Assembly (NCBI GenBank): GCA_012295275.1
Contig: CM022665.1
Location: 2,046,001 to 2,110,000 of the forward strand
Source of the DNA: Chrysomallon squamiferum
Lineage: Eukaryota; Animalia; Mollusca
Direction of reading: 5' to 3'
Length of the DNA: 64,000 nt
This document shows positions 60,178 through 64,000 of this stretch, piece by piece. The translations under genes and the position numbers were made by a program. The number at the start of each line of letters is the position of its first letter. Position 1 is the stretch's first letter. Under the pieces are notes generated by a model that made no database searches, had not been told where the DNA came from, and saw nothing but the letters and a program-made list of their open reading frames with translations.

Positions 60178-60204
60178 GGGAGGGAGGGAGATAGGGGAGG
60201 GAGG

Positions 60205-60272
<68 letters not shown>
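60178..60272. repeat. (GGGA)n + (GA)n purine tract
   Basis: Seen directly. Confidence 0.95.
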
Positions 60273-60275
<3 letters not shown>

Positions 60276-61429
60276 TCGTCATTTAGATTAAAAGCAAGTT
60301 GTTTAAACAGATATTGCACATGATATAATAAATTTCATCTTAGCTACATTAAGTTTCAGTGATTTTATGAAGTTTATGCTAAAATATTCTACATTATTTT
60401 CTGTTTACGTCAACAGTGCATTTCATATGAGATATATGACTTGTGACAAAGGTACCTCATAATGCACGCGTTCTATTTGAAAAGCTCGTATCTCTTAATT
60501 CTATCACTTGACAGAATTATCTCACAGACAGTAACGTACAGATACCAGTAACGTTGGTCACTTCTTTTTAATATCGTGTCCATTCACTGACATAATTATA
60601 GTTCTGAGTCGCCGGACAATGGCATTTAGGTGTCGTTGTGCTGCACTGGTGCTATTAGTGGCGATCAAAATGCGTTAATGGTCAAACAAATTGCACGACT
60701 GGACACCCAATTCCAGGTAGTGGGTGGCATAATTACACAGCTTGGTGGAACATTCCAGTTTTTGTGTCAGCGTAATGTGAAACAAACTCATTTTGTTAAA
60801 CTGCTAACTGAATCCAGCGGCCATTATTCGAGCAGTGAATAGAGCTTTTATTTCATTCCTGTTTTCCAGTTCTGGAGTGTATCGTCAAAAAGCACTTCAT
60901 TAAGAGAACTGTATCAAATAAAGTTTCCTCGCTTGCAGATTTGAACCAATGACATTTTAATTATACAGCTTTTATTTACATGCAGTTATTCAGCAAAGGA
61001 TGTGTCGCGTTTTGATATATATATATATATAAATCTTACTCAAAAATGAAACAAGATGTCAAAATCAAAACGTGTCCGTTGCTGTAAGTAATAAACAATA
61101 AAATCTTAAGAAAGTATAACATTTTTTTAAAATAAAATAGACGTATGTGTTGTAAATTATGAAATAAATTAATATTACATTTTTATTATTATGCAAGAGA
61201 CTTCGAGCTAATTGTATTTTTATATTACACTGTTGTGTTCGTATTTTTTATTCCAGTATCAACATTGTTTGAACCAGAATTGGATATTTTGAAATAAAAC
61301 ATAATCTTTCTTTCAAAAATTATCATATTTGTAACTAAAAATAAATAGCTTACACTATGAAAAGCAGTAATCATACTGTTAACTTTTTACAATTACAAAA
61401 TGTAAGACGTAAAAAATATGAATAAGAAA

Positions 61430-61438
61430 ACACACACA

Positions 61439-61492
<54 letters not shown>
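61430..61492. repeat. (CA)n microsatellite
   Basis: Near-perfect run. Confidence 0.96.
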
Positions 61493-61496
<4 letters not shown>

Positions 61497-62329
61497 TATA
61501 CGTATATATTCGTACTTAAATTATGAAGACATAGTTTTCTGAAAAGTATACTCAAGACGATTGATTTAAATCAAAGCAGCTTGTACATATTTGTGTTTGC
61601 AAGAAGTTAGACGTATCCTCAATGAACGTACCATCTTACACCAGTAAAGTATTTTTACAGCGCGAAGTGACACTTTGTGACATTTTGACAGATAAAAAAA
61701 TCACTTATATTTTATTTCATTCAATTTATTCCTCCTCTCAGACATGAACACTATAATTTGAAAATAAAATAACTTTTTTTCTAAAGAATTATTTTAATAA
61801 ATTTTTCTCTTTTTTAAACTTATTCTTTTACTTTTTTTTAATTTTTTTAAATTTTTTTTTTTTAAAGAAAAAAAAAAAAAAGAGGAAAGAAATAAAATAT
61901 ATATATCTGTGTTTTTTGGTTTATGTTATTTTATTTTTTATTTTTATTTATTTATTTTTTATTTTTTTTTTATTTATTTATTTATTTTTTTATTTATTTT
62001 TTTTGAGCTGTTCATTCCTAATTAAAGTTAATACCAATTAATTTCATTATTTTCATCAATAATTATATGTATCGGAGTTAAAATCATTTTTAAAATGTGC
62101 ATATTTTACTGATCTAGAAAATATTTTATTTCATTAATAATCTACACATATCGTTAATCAACCAAGCAACTGTCTAGTAAATTAACCAACAACAATCAAC
62201 GGATCTTTACGTCCATTTACCAAACGTCACTAATCTATGGGAATCTATAAACCACGGATTATCTACCAACACAACAAGACTAACAACGAAATCCGCGTTC
62301 TAATCACAGCTAACAGCAAAGACAACCAA

Positions 62330-63143
62330 CCAGCCACCACTTCAGTCGTTCAGACCAGCCTCGGCATCACTTCCTAAATATATAAACACGCAATCACATT
62401 TAAAATTATTTTCGAGGAATTTTGTAAAATTTACAGGAAGCCAGAACGTTTGTGAAGCATCTCGAACACACAAAACTAACGAGAGATGATTTTTCCAGTT
62501 ACACGTGTTTATTTTTATAAATTTAAAAAAAAAGAACTTTTTTGTAAACATTTCGTTAAAAGACCACCGAGGAACCGCTCGCACCACCAAAGTGCTTCAA
62601 TTACAGTAATGAAGACGAGGACCATCAATTTGAGAGGACGAGCCGTTCACTTTTAAAAACACTTTTCAGTTTTCACTGCCTTCAAAACCTCTCTTGCACC
62701 GCCGTAAGCAAAAATGCGCGCGTCATTTTGGTATTGCACGACAATGGCGCGATCTAATGCACTCTTATTTTAAACCATTGATCCACTTAAATTGCCCAAA
62801 TCATCTTATTTTCTGATAATTGTGTCAGCTGCCCGAGGATCATTCTCGATGTATCTAAATTTTTTCATCCGGACCAGTCAGTCATTTTTGAAATGATCGG
62901 AGCAGGCAACTGCTCCCGTACTCAGAATTAATCACAGATATCTAAATTACAGTGTAGCCTGGAACGGGGCAAAGCGCGAGGCCCAGTTTTCCGTGTGGGG
63001 CGAGGCGACGTTGGCGCAGCGGGAACGTCGCCGTTGTGTTATTCACCGATCTGCGTCCTTACATTTCTGTCTGCTTCGTCTATTCAACCTATGATTTTCG
63101 GCTTTGGCTGAGCAACCATGTTACCGAGAAGCTATAGGTAAAA

Positions 63144-63175
<32 letters not shown>

Positions 63176-63760
63176 AGAAAAAAAAAAAAAAAAAATTCTT
63201 CTGCGCGTACACGTTACGTTGAACAAAGTGGCAGTGCTGTGTACGAGAGGCCGTCCCCGTTGATGATTCCGCACGCGGACTGCAGGAGTGAAAAGTCCCC
63301 AACCGTTGCTTTGAACAAATAGTGCGTCAATTTCTTCTTATGTTACCATTGTAGTTCACAATAATGGAAACAATTTACGTGGATCTCGGAAAATAATTCC
63401 CCAGTATCAAATTTCAGAGCTATTACCGTCCTTTTGTCGCCAAACCGCGGGAACGTTGACGCCAGCCTGTATCGGGCGTACAAGTTTGGTGAAGAAGTAT
63501 AAAGGCCCAGACACACACAACAAGTTACACAGTGAATGAAAAGATGGTTAGACATCTAAACATACAAACCAGGCGTAATCAGTCGCATGAAATGAATCAG
63601 CTGACAATAGACTTTACGGAAATAGGTAATTGGCGATAATTGCCCACCGCCGACTACACTGGAGAAAAAAAAAAAAGTGCATCTTTTGCTGTTTAACCGA
63701 TTGCGGAGAATGCGAATCTTCACACTGGAAAATCACATACATTTGCCTGATACTCACGCA
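62330..63760. promoter_or_regulatory. Large CpG-rich region: distal enhancer, or promoter of an unannotated transcript
   Basis: One of the longest CpG-dense stretches in the window; GCGCGC and AATGGCGCG motifs, GC-rich hairpin at 63004-63032; no recognisable ORF. Confidence 0.4.
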
Positions 63761-64000
63761 AGGTGTCCTTTGTGTAAAATCTACATATTACTAATGAAAT
63801 GTGTCCGTCCCAATCTTTTCTAAGCGTCTATTCTGACCTTTTGAAATTGTTAGCTGATGCGTAGATTTTACTACGTAGTGTGTGAAAGTAAATGGACTTC
63901 AAATTAAAAAAAACAAACAAAAAAATTATTTCTTTACTTCTCCGGGTATGTGTTTATCAGACAATAAAATGACTTGAATAAACGTTTTTTTTTTTTTTTT

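Noticed and set aside
63004-63050. Helitron 3' end or bacterial-type terminator
   Set aside because: No CTRR shortly after the hairpin on either strand and no U-tract.

Overview
AT-rich animal (invertebrate, probably lophotrochozoan/mollusc-like) genomic DNA, not prokaryotic. The only recognisable gene is the 5' half of a Meis/homothorax TALE-homeobox gene on the minus strand. It has six coding exons (6096->2356: 12, 227, 142, 51, 51 and 186 nt, all GT-AG, frame-consistent, 223 aa) encoding MAQR..., the MEINOX/HM (Pbx-binding) domain and the following linker. Exon 7 and the homeodomain lie beyond position 1. The remaining ~57 kb upstream is a gene desert of CpG-retaining, motif-dense islands separated by microsatellite and poly-A/T spacers, typical of a developmental regulatory landscape. 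Nearly all other ORFs in the track are simple-repeat artefacts. Best leads: (1) a PBX-MEIS decamer in the 5' leader whose flanks resemble, from my recollection, the human MEIS1 5'UTR, inside a cluster of TGACAG sites (autoregulation, possibly bilaterian-deep). (2) A splicing hub around exons 3-5 with tandem donors, a stop-generating alternative acceptor, and one intronic 11-mer able to pair with either of two complementary copies in other introns. (3) Hox/Pbx/Meis composite sites in the desert. (4) Two inverted copies of a foldback-like element with a 15/30-bp array that bracket an enhancer-like island. All regulatory calls are motif-based inference.
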